NCBI GenBank assembly: GCA_965205015.1
Contig: OZ242029.1
Coordinates: forward strand, 2,432,001 to 2,496,000
From: Candidatus Poribacteria bacterium
GTDB taxonomy: Bacteria > Poribacteria > WGA-4E > WGA-3G
Direction of reading: 5' to 3'
Length of the DNA: 64,000 nucleotides
Below are positions 56,064 through 64,000 of the stretch, piece after piece. Every line of letters starts with the position of its first letter. The stretch's first letter is position 1. The position numbers and the translations under genes are program-made. Under the pieces are notes generated by a model that was given only the letters and a program-made list of their open reading frames with translations, had not been told where the DNA came from and ran no database searches.

Positions 56064-57881
56064 TTAGTCTCCGTCAATAGACCAGGTGCAGTTGATATTA
56101 CTGTCCTTGTAAAATTGTTTTAGGGCTGGCTTATCGAACCACAGTTGAACCTCTTTGCCCACAATATGACCGACACTGCTTACCTTGAGGTAAAGACCAC
56201 CCGCTGTCCATCCGGGCATGATGTCATACCGTCCGGTTTGTGCGGCATAGATGCTGAGCAGTGCCAACGGTTCCATGGCGTCGAGATTTGCGATTCTATG
56301 GGTATCCTGGAGAAGTTCAGCCACGGTTTTCCCTTCATGCCCCTCTTGTAACTCCGGTTTATCCATGACCTTGCTGTGGGGGATAAAGTCATCTTCGAGC
56401 GTAAATAGTCCGCTATTGGTATGTTGTCTACCGTGAAGCAGGTTGTCGCCTATTTGCTCCGCCATTGCCAGAAATTCTGCCTTCGGTTCCACCCGATACA
56501 GATCCACCAGTGCGAAGATATAAGCGGGTTCCAAGGCGGTTGTGTCAAAATTCAACGACGGTGGCGAGTTTGTATCGGCGCCTATGTCTCCGATCCCGAA
56601 GGCTTTAAACGTCGTGCGCAGGTAGTCTCTGAACTCGCTTCTGCCTCCGGAAACCCGATAGCCACGGGCGCAAACAGAGGTAAAGAGCGGCGTGATGTTT
56701 TGCGGCAGAAATGCGCCACCCTCTTTCGCACCAAAGTAGAGTTTCTCTGTCTTGAAGGGGCCTTTTATCCGAAAGCCCGTGAGATCTGTTCCATCAATGA
56801 CAATGCTTTTCAGCGTATTGTTTTTCGGATCGTAGGAGGCGTTGAGGAAACCGATAATGTGTTGCTCAACCGCTTCTTTGATGTGTGCCATTTCGCCGAT
56901 GCGTCCGTACTTTTCGGCATTTTCTACGATAGTCAGCATGCCCATCATCTGGGTGATGGTGTGGTTCAACTGATTCCCTACATAGACTCTCGGTTCAGTC
57001 GCCTTCGGATATTTTCTGCCGAATATGTTAAGCCCGCGCCTGGAAATTTGTGGATGCACCAAATTGGGCCAGATATCGGTTTCTGGATCCCGCTGCTGTA
57101 TCATCAGATTTAAGAGGCGTTCCCCCCACATCCGCGGTGCCTCCTCCTGATTTTGGTAGCCTAAACTATAGGCGGCGTAAGCCAGATCCAACGCCACACT
57201 GATAAACGAGAGATCCTCACTGATTTCGGGGGGTTTGTATCCATCCCACGGTCTGTTCCAGGTATTGGCGTGATCGACCTGTTTCTTGAAATCACCGTGC
57301 CGGTTGTAATGTAATGCGTCCCAATCCTTGATATTTGCTTCCCAAATACCTTTCATCAGCATCTCGCCGCGGTCGGGGTCTACGGCTCTCAGCAATTCCC
57401 AGTAGGGATATACGTCCTCTATTTCATGGACAACGCCCTTCATGCCGTACCGATTCCCTGTTACCAAGTCCACATAGCCGTGTCCGCCCCAGTGCAGAAC
57501 GCCACTTTCTGGATACCAGTAGTTATTGAACATGTATTCAGCGGCTTCTCCAGCGGCATGGACATATTTGCCATCTCCAGTGAACTGGCTTAAAGAAGAC
57601 AGTAACCGCATCAGGTTCTGCTGATTCTGAAAGAAACTCCAGACGGCGGGTTTCGGTTCAGTGCCAGTGCGGTGCGATGTCATGGATCTGGGTGCCTTCA
57701 AGTGATCGGTATGAAGGCAGTCGGCAAAGAGTGGCATATCTTTGCCGCTGTATCTATCTCTCCCGTATTGTATCGCTGTATCCGCGAAACGGCTTGCCGC
57801 TTTTAGGAAGCGATTGCCCTCTATTTTGTTAGGACGCAATCGGTCTCTACCAATCCACCGATCTAATCTATTTGCGTTCAT
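56064..57881 (-). CDS. Polysaccharide lyase family 2-like (PelW/PelY-like) protein
   Basis: PLFAD, QQNLMR.L..LS..TGD.KY, SG.L.WGGH, HE....YPY.EL, W......RHG; no signal peptide. Confidence 0.7.
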   Translation of the reverse strand: MNANRLDRWIGRDRLRPNKIEGNRFLKAASRFADTAIQYGRDRYSGKDMPLFADCLHTDHLKAPRSMTSHRTGTEPKPAVWSFFQNQQNLMRLLSSLSQFTGDGKYVHAAGEAAEYMFNNYWYPESGVLHWGGHGYVDLVTGNRYGMKGVVHEIEDVYPYWELLRAVDPDRGEMLMKGIWEANIKDWDALHYNRHGDFKKQVDHANTWNRPWDGYKPPEISEDLSFISVALDLAYAAYSLGYQNQEEAPRMWGERLLNLMIQQRDPETDIWPNLVHPQISRRGLNIFGRKYPKATEPRVYVGNQLNHTITQMMGMLTIVENAEKYGRIGEMAHIKEAVEQHIIGFLNASYDPKNNTLKSIVIDGTDLTGFRIKGPFKTEKLYFGAKEGGAFLPQNITPLFTSVCARGYRVSGGRSEFRDYLRTTFKAFGIGDIGADTNSPPSLNFDTTALEPAYIFALVDLYRVEPKAEFLAMAEQIGDNLLHGRQHTNSGLFTLEDDFIPHSKVMDKPELQEGHEGKTVAELLQDTHRIANLDAMEPLALLSIYAAQTGRYDIMPGWTAGGLYLKVSSVGHIVGKEVQLWFDKPALKQFYKDSNINCTWSIDGD

Positions 57882-59274
57882 ACCCCCTCCGTATTACTTT
57901 TTTTATGCTTCCTTTCCGCCATGTGATAACGGCACATCCTAACACGGCAAAGCCGAAGAAAGTAAAGGGCATCTGCCACAGCAGAAAACTCATGTGCGTG
58001 TGGATAAATGAGTGTGACTTGAAAATGACATGCCATGATAGCGGTGCCAGCATTGAAAACCACGTCGTCCAGATTAATGCGATGTTCCGCTGTTGCGGCT
58101 CTGTCATCATTTTTCGGCTCCGCAAAAACAGCAGCGCAGACATGACGATAAAAAGAACGATTAGATAAGCATAGCGGACTTTCAATAGGAAGTCAGAGAC
58201 GAAAGTGTTCACGTTGGATAAATAGTTATTGAGGTCAAAGAAAATACCGTTCACGTAAGTAACGACCACCCCTACCGTTCCGGCTTCCAAACTGGCAGCG
58301 TATACAGCCGGATAGTCTTGTGCCTCTCCATACGTGCGCTTTCCGAAGGAATAGACCACATGCTCAACACCGTCCATAAACCCGTCCTTGGCGGCACCGA
58401 TCTGGAAACATAACATGATGAGACTGAAAAAAATTGCGATACCCGATCCGCACAGGGCTGCAAGCGTCCACTTCAGGTATTGGTGCCTCCTCCACTTGTC
58501 GAGGACGGCATAATAGATACACGGGGTCCCCATCATTAGCAGAGTGGTCGTAATGTACTCGTAGCCGTTGATGAAACACTTAATGGAAACCGCCATGAAG
58601 ATCAGGATCCCAAACTTGATGAACTGGCGGTTCGCCGGGATTCTGTAGCGTTTAAGGAGGGATATGACGACAATCATCGGTAGGTAGAATGCCCATAGAC
58701 TCCACCAAAGGTTCTTTCCAAAGACAGTCAACCATTGCGAAAGTACCGCCGAACCTATGACGCAGATCGCGACCCACCCGCCAAACTCGTCATAGAACCA
58801 GTTTACAATAAAGGTCAATGCGATTGCCGAGAGTAGAGCCGTTAGCACATAGAATGACCATAACTTGATTTGAGGCGATAGCGGAATGAATCTATCGAGT
58901 AGACTGAAAATTATGCCTTGCCCACCGGGTTGTGACATATAGGGCGAGAATTTATCAAAGGAGCCGCTGTTAAGATAGGTTGCATATTGATTGTCAATCT
59001 GATTTGAAGATATCCATTCCTGCTGAATATTCGTCGTAATTCCTGCCCCTGTCAGTCCACCTGATGAGAAGATACCATCTTGGCGGGATTTGACCATCCT
59101 TCCGATAATGAGACTTTCGGTGTCTCGCTGATGCGTGTCAAACCATTGCTGTTCGGCGACGTGCCATAAGTTAAAGAGAAACCCAAAACATAGGAGTCCG
59201 ATGGAGAGTGCCCATAAGGCTATCTTCCTTGCGCGTGCTGATTGACTGAGGTGTTTAAGCTGCATCGTAAACAT
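57868..59274 (-). CDS. Polytopic membrane hypothetical protein (possibly GT-C-like)
   Basis: Many TM helices, SQPGGQG and GYEYITT motifs; overlaps the start of the PL2-like gene. Confidence 0.7.
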   Translation of the reverse strand: MFTMQLKHLSQSARARKIALWALSIGLLCFGFLFNLWHVAEQQWFDTHQRDTESLIIGRMVKSRQDGIFSSGGLTGAGITTNIQQEWISSNQIDNQYATYLNSGSFDKFSPYMSQPGGQGIIFSLLDRFIPLSPQIKLWSFYVLTALLSAIALTFIVNWFYDEFGGWVAICVIGSAVLSQWLTVFGKNLWWSLWAFYLPMIVVISLLKRYRIPANRQFIKFGILIFMAVSIKCFINGYEYITTTLLMMGTPCIYYAVLDKWRRHQYLKWTLAALCGSGIAIFFSLIMLCFQIGAAKDGFMDGVEHVVYSFGKRTYGEAQDYPAVYAASLEAGTVGVVVTYVNGIFFDLNNYLSNVNTFVSDFLLKVRYAYLIVLFIVMSALLFLRSRKMMTEPQQRNIALIWTTWFSMLAPLSWHVIFKSHSFIHTHMSFLLWQMPFTFFGFAVLGCAVITWRKGSIKKVIRRGYERK

Positions 59275-59476
59275 ATCGTTATGTTTGTTATACGACTCTT
59301 GTTTGTTCCTGCATCAGTTGACACTTGGATTATGCTACCACAACTCTCTCCTTTTCGCAAGCCGAAGAAAGTGGAGAAAAAACAAAAAATCACATCTTAT
59401 CCGATATATGCTATAATCTGGAGAAATCATGTTATCGTTTGCTACTTAACTATAATTGATATGACATGTCTTTATC

Positions 59477-61429
59477 ATGGCACATCACAGAAATTATGAA
59501 AATCATTGGTCAAAAAGGGCATTAATTATCGGCATCGTCTTAGCTGTTTTAGAATGTTTGATCGCGCCCTACAACGATTTTGTCATTCGGAACACCTTTC
59601 TGGCAGGGGGTCATTTCCCGCTTGCCCCGTTTTTTGCCCTAACCGTCTTGGCGCTGGTTGTGAATGCTGTCCTAAGATGCCTACATCCGAAACTCGCGCT
59701 CTCCGCTCAGGAACTCGTCGTTATCTGGTGTATCATGATTGCCGTCGCGGGTATCCCCTCATCGGGAATGATGCGCGACGCATTGTCCGCTTTCGCGGCT
59801 TACAATTATTTCGCAACCCCAGAGAACGAGTGGCGATCCCTTTTCTTCCAATACATCCCCGAATGGCGTGTCGTGCGAGATGAGACCGCGATTGCCTCCT
59901 TCTATGAAGGCGTGTCCGTCGGCGAGCGGATTCCTTGGGGCGCATGGCTGAAACCGCTCTCCGTATGGGCATTGTATATTTTAACCGCCTATTTCGTCAT
60001 GGTGTGCCTCGCTGTGATCCTCCGTAAACAGTGGATTGAGTATGAGAAATGCACGTTTCCGCTCGTTCAACTGCCTGTAGAACTCTCCGTCCATCGGTCA
60101 GGCATTGTCAATTCATTCTTCAGAAGCAGAAAGATGTGGCTCGGCTTCGCGATACCGGCGTTCATCCACACCCTAAACGGGCTGCAAGCGTATTTCCCGA
60201 CCCTCCCACACATCCCCGTCCGATTTTGGCTCGATCCGTTTCTCGTCGGCAGACCCCTCAATGCTCTAAGACCCTTTCAGATTGTCGTGCTGATGTCGAT
60301 GGTTGGATTCAGTTACCTGCTTACACTTGAAGTCGCGTTCAGCCTCTGGTTTTTCTTCCTGTTTTTCAAACTGCAATGTCTCGTCGGCAGTATGCTCGGT
60401 TTCCTCATAACGAAGGGTCCGGGTGTAAAATGGACGGCGTATTCGTTTAGCGCGGCGCAGGAAGCCGGTGCGTGTCTTACGCTTGGAGGATTTGCACTCT
60501 TCAAGGCGCGGCGGCATATCAAGCAACTATTCTTAAGCGGTTTTGGACGCGGTTCCCCGCAGTCGGATGTCCAAGAGGAACCGATGCCCGCTGGACTGAC
60601 AGTCATAGGGCTGATCGGAGGCGTGCTCCTCTTAATATACCTGAGTGTCCTGATGGGAATGTCTATCGGATTTGCCGTCCTCTTTGTGATCTTCTCGGTA
60701 GGTGTGTTTGTCGCCTTGACATGGCAGATTATCAACGGTGGTATCCCTTTTATCAATCCCTCATTTTCACCGCAAAGTTTTTTTCTCACAACCCTTGGAA
60801 CCGCACGGATGACCCCTTCAACAACAACATGGCTGTTCATGCAGCCCACCGGTTTAACCTCCCACCTAAGAGAGTTTATGATGCCGAATGTAATGAATGG
60901 ACTCAAGGCAGCGGATACCGTGAAAGCCAACCGGCGCAAACTCCTCATAGCGATGGGAGTGGCGATGGTGCTCGGATTGCTCGTTTCATATTATTCCGTG
61001 CTGAAAGTTAGTTATCAACACGGGGCGTTACACGTGCATACAGGGGGTAGCGGCGGGGTGCGCTGGCTGAGTGCCGTCCTTAACAGCCCTCCGATGGGAA
61101 CAGACTGGACGCATACCGGTTTTACACTTTTCGGCAGTGCCTTTACAATTGGATTGATGTGGATGCGAAAAGTTTTCGTCTGGTGGCCGATCCATCCGAT
61201 CGGATACACGATGCTGAGCTCGTGGGCATCGTTTAAGTTATGGTTCTCTATCCTCCTCGGTTATCTCCTGAAATACGGGATTGTGAAATACGGCGGACTC
61301 AAAGCCTATAGAGAAGCACGTCCCCTGTTTCTCGGATTAATCCTCGGTGAGATGACCTGCGCCGGACTCTGGTCGATCGTTGGAATGCTAACCGGTGTCC
61401 AAACCGGCTATCGCATCTTATTGGATTGA
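59477..61429 (+). CDS. Polytopic membrane protein, DUF6785/DUF6784-like
   Basis: ELVVIW.M, FATPENEW, RKQW.E.EK..FPL.QLP, WWPIHPIGY, KYGG, PLFLGLILG. Confidence 0.75.
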   Translation: MAHHRNYENHWSKRALIIGIVLAVLECLIAPYNDFVIRNTFLAGGHFPLAPFFALTVLALVVNAVLRCLHPKLALSAQELVVIWCIMIAVAGIPSSGMMRDALSAFAAYNYFATPENEWRSLFFQYIPEWRVVRDETAIASFYEGVSVGERIPWGAWLKPLSVWALYILTAYFVMVCLAVILRKQWIEYEKCTFPLVQLPVELSVHRSGIVNSFFRSRKMWLGFAIPAFIHTLNGLQAYFPTLPHIPVRFWLDPFLVGRPLNALRPFQIVVLMSMVGFSYLLTLEVAFSLWFFFLFFKLQCLVGSMLGFLITKGPGVKWTAYSFSAAQEAGACLTLGGFALFKARRHIKQLFLSGFGRGSPQSDVQEEPMPAGLTVIGLIGGVLLLIYLSVLMGMSIGFAVLFVIFSVGVFVALTWQIINGGIPFINPSFSPQSFFLTTLGTARMTPSTTTWLFMQPTGLTSHLREFMMPNVMNGLKAADTVKANRRKLLIAMGVAMVLGLLVSYYSVLKVSYQHGALHVHTGGSGGVRWLSAVLNSPPMGTDWTHTGFTLFGSAFTIGLMWMRKVFVWWPIHPIGYTMLSSWASFKLWFSILLGYLLKYGIVKYGGLKAYREARPLFLGLILGEMTCAGLWSIVGMLTGVQTGYRILLD

Positions 61430-61479
61430 GATATGAAAGGTTCATAGATGTGTGGAAATCACACGAAGGAAGGTAAACT

Positions 61480-62970
61480 ATGCGCATGTATGACGATTTT
61501 TTGATGGAATCCTATAAAGTCAGGGAAAAGATGGTCGCCGATAAATTGCGACCGAAATACCACTTCTTACCACCACACGGTCGTTGGAACGACATCAACG
61601 GCGCAGTCTTCTTCAACGGTAGATACCATCTCGGCTACCTACAGAAGATTAGAAACGGGCCCGATGAAAGGGATTTTTCGAGTTGGCAACACATTTCAAG
61701 TCGGGATCTGCTGCATTGGACCTATCACACAGCGTCCCTTGACGAGCCACTCGAAGAAAAGAAGGGCGATTATTTCAATAGCGGCGATGTCATGGATGGA
61801 ATGGAAATTCCAACGATTATCACCAACATGCCCAGAAGGGGAATCTGTATCTACCAATGCCACGATGCCGATCTCTCACACTGGACACCACTCGCAGAGA
61901 ATCCAGTGATTCCAATCGATACGGATGAATTCCCCGAATGCGTGATCTTCGATCCAAGTGGCTGGAAAGAGGGGGATACCTACTACGCCCTCATCGGAAA
62001 TAAAAACCATCGTCCCGGCTACGAAGGCGACTCGACAAGCCTCTTTAAGTCGAAAGACCTCAAGCAGTGGACTTACGTCGGTCCCTTCTATAAATCCTCG
62101 CGCAAATGGACAGCAGAGGTTGAAGATTGCGCCTGCTCCGACTTCTTCCGCTTTGGGGAGAAACACATGCTGCTGATGCACACCCATCACCCCTTTAACA
62201 AATGCCAGTATTACATCGGACACTACGAAAATGAGACCTTCACTCCCGAAATCAACGGACAATTGAGCCATCTCGGTAGTATGCTTTCTGGTCCCGAAAC
62301 CCTCATTGACGATAAGGGTAGACGCCTCTTTTGGGGATGGATCGCCGATGCCCGAGATGCAGACGAATATGGCTGGCAGAGCATCATGACGCTGCCGTGG
62401 CACCTGAAACCCACATCGGATAACCGTCTCAATATTGAGCCCGCTTCGGAATTGCAATCTTTGAGATATAATCCGTGCTACGTCGAAAATCTGTTTTTAG
62501 AAGCCGAGCAAGAAATTACCGTTGACGGGCTTGCCTCGGATTGTATGGAGCTAAAACTGACAATAGAACCCCATTCCGCGCAGCGATTTGGGGTAAAACT
62601 GTTCTGTTCGCCAGATCTCGAGGAGGAAACGGTGATATGTTACGATGCCGAGCAGCAAGCCTTTGTCATTGACTTTGAGAATGCGAGCGATGACAAAGCA
62701 CTTTCATACCGGTGTGGACGTGAAGTGCTGAAATCTGGAGAGTTCAAACAGACGGTGCCTTTCGCACTCGGAGGCGACCACGCACTTGAACTGGATATTT
62801 TCGTTGACAGATCCGTAATTGAAATATTCGTCAATTCAGAAGTGTGCCTCGTCCAGCGGGTTTATCCGATGCGACCCGACAGCAAGGAAGTGCGATTTTT
62901 TTCCGAGGATGGACGGATTGCGGTCAGGAATATCGTCAAATGGGAGATGGACGCAACCAACCCGTGGTAG
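61480..62970 (+). CDS. GH32-like glycoside hydrolase with altered catalytic motifs
   Basis: RPKYHF, WNDING, S.DL.HW, FDP, GRRL.WGW, C-terminal LDIFVDRS.IEIFVN beta-sandwich. Confidence 0.85.
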   Translation: MRMYDDFLMESYKVREKMVADKLRPKYHFLPPHGRWNDINGAVFFNGRYHLGYLQKIRNGPDERDFSSWQHISSRDLLHWTYHTASLDEPLEEKKGDYFNSGDVMDGMEIPTIITNMPRRGICIYQCHDADLSHWTPLAENPVIPIDTDEFPECVIFDPSGWKEGDTYYALIGNKNHRPGYEGDSTSLFKSKDLKQWTYVGPFYKSSRKWTAEVEDCACSDFFRFGEKHMLLMHTHHPFNKCQYYIGHYENETFTPEINGQLSHLGSMLSGPETLIDDKGRRLFWGWIADARDADEYGWQSIMTLPWHLKPTSDNRLNIEPASELQSLRYNPCYVENLFLEAEQEITVDGLASDCMELKLTIEPHSAQRFGVKLFCSPDLEEETVICYDAEQQAFVIDFENASDDKALSYRCGREVLKSGEFKQTVPFALGGDHALELDIFVDRSVIEIFVNSEVCLVQRVYPMRPDSKEVRFFSEDGRIAVRNIVKWEMDATNPW

Positions 62971-63011
62971 ATTGTGGCTGCAAACACTATACAAAGATTC
63001 TTGCCGTCAGT

Positions 63012-63773
63012 TCACGCCGATTTAACTGCTGCCACCTTAACGCTCGAGATCTCCACCCGACGCATTTTCGCATAGGCTGATTTACTAAGAACCCGAACGT
63101 TCTCAAACCCAGCCTGGCGAATCGAATCTAAATACTGGTCTTCAGGCAACGCCCCTGAAATACAACGCACCCATACGCTTACCGCGGCTCTCGCCCACTC
63201 GGGCATGTTGTTGGCGACCATGTCGGATACCACCAATTTACCGCCCGGCTTGAGGACGCGGTACGCTTCTTCAAAAACCTTATCCTTATCCGGTGCCAGA
63301 CAGATCACGCAATTGGAGATGATCCAATCCACACTTTCATCTCCAATCGGCATGGATTCGATCTCACCCAAACGGAAATCGACATTCTTCGCGCTGGCTT
63401 CCTCGGCATTCTGTTGTGCTTTCTCGATCATCTCAGGGGTCATGTCAATACCAATTGCTCTGCCGCTTTCACCGACAAGCTGCGAGGCGAGTAACACATC
63501 AATCCCGGCACCAGAGCCGAGATCTACCACAATATCGCCCTCTTGAACGTCCGCATATTCCAGTGGATTCCCGCAGCCGAAGGAGTGTTCAGCGGCATCC
63601 GTGGGGATACTGGAAATCTGTGCTTCGGTGTAGCCATTCTTTTCTGCTGGACTATCTGTATTGGTGTCTGGACAGCAGGTAAGTGATGAACAGCACGACT
63701 CATCCGTTTTTATTCTGTCGGCATAATGTTTACGAACAGATTCTTTAATCTGTTTTTCATCTTGAGACTTCAT
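63012..63773 (-). CDS. arsM: Arsenite methyltransferase
   Basis: VRKHYA..CC, GCGNP, DLGSGAG.D, GIDMT.EM, IISNCVI.L.PDK, CISGAL. Confidence 0.9.
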   Translation of the reverse strand: MKSQDEKQIKESVRKHYADRIKTDESCCSSLTCCPDTNTDSPAEKNGYTEAQISSIPTDAAEHSFGCGNPLEYADVQEGDIVVDLGSGAGIDVLLASQLVGESGRAIGIDMTPEMIEKAQQNAEEASAKNVDFRLGEIESMPIGDESVDWIISNCVICLAPDKDKVFEEAYRVLKPGGKLVVSDMVANNMPEWARAAVSVWVRCISGALPEDQYLDSIRQAGFENVRVLSKSAYAKMRRVEISSVKVAAVKSA

Positions 63774-63845
63774 AGTTTTCCTCAGATAAGAATTGGGGCT
63801 TGTATGGCGAACCATTTCACGGTTTAATTCCAATAGCACAATGTG

Positions 63846-63998
63846 TTACAGTATCCGTCCTTTGGGGATCTGCGAGTTCGGATACCATTGAGACTCGGAA
63901 GGCGGTGCGGGTTCGGGAGGCTGCAGGGACGCAAACTCAGTCAACTTCGGTCGGATCTCGTCTTCCCAAATCCCTTCGACATCATCAAACGTGAGTGG
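63846..63998 (-). CDS. C-terminal fragment of an unknown protein extending beyond the window
   Basis: Open frame ...PLTFDDVEGIWEDEIRPKLTEF...PKGRIL* ending at 63846. Confidence 0.55.
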   Translation of the reverse strand, partial: PLTFDDVEGIWEDEIRPKLTEFASLQPPEPAPPSESQWYPNSQIPKGRIL

Positions 63999-64000
63999 CG

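Noticed and set aside
63012-63773. Selenocysteine-containing ArsM or a full ars operon
   Set aside because: No in-frame TGA, Cys motifs are ordinary, and no arsR/acr3/arsC is visible in the window

Overview
Bacterial genomic window, densely coding with about 55 CDS and one tRNA-Leu(CAG). The gene content is consistent with Candidatus Poribacteria, a sponge symbiont (inference, not proven): four PhyH dioxygenases, four enolase-superfamily dehydratases, a sulfatase, LamG/Kelch/BNR propeller proteins, and a recurrent C-terminal AVxPxxKLxxxWGxLK motif. Best leads: (1) two ECF sigma factors fused through a transmembrane helix to different extracytoplasmic beta-propellers, flanking two ABC-2 permease paralogues that share an ECF-type promoter motif; (2) a Rieske[2Fe-2S]-GAF-PAS sigma54 activator with three palindromic operators and a perfect -24/-12 promoter driving a divergent VOC gene, next to Cu/Zn SOD and duplicated PhyH genes; (3) a putative C-terminal sorting signal on four unrelated proteins; (4) an ~18-20 nt cassette (AAAYACCCAAGCAAAAAC) inserted, sometimes stuttered, into REP-like hairpins, plus an identical 119-bp MITE in two places and a nested repeat stack. 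All product calls come from motif recognition by eye; no database searches were run.
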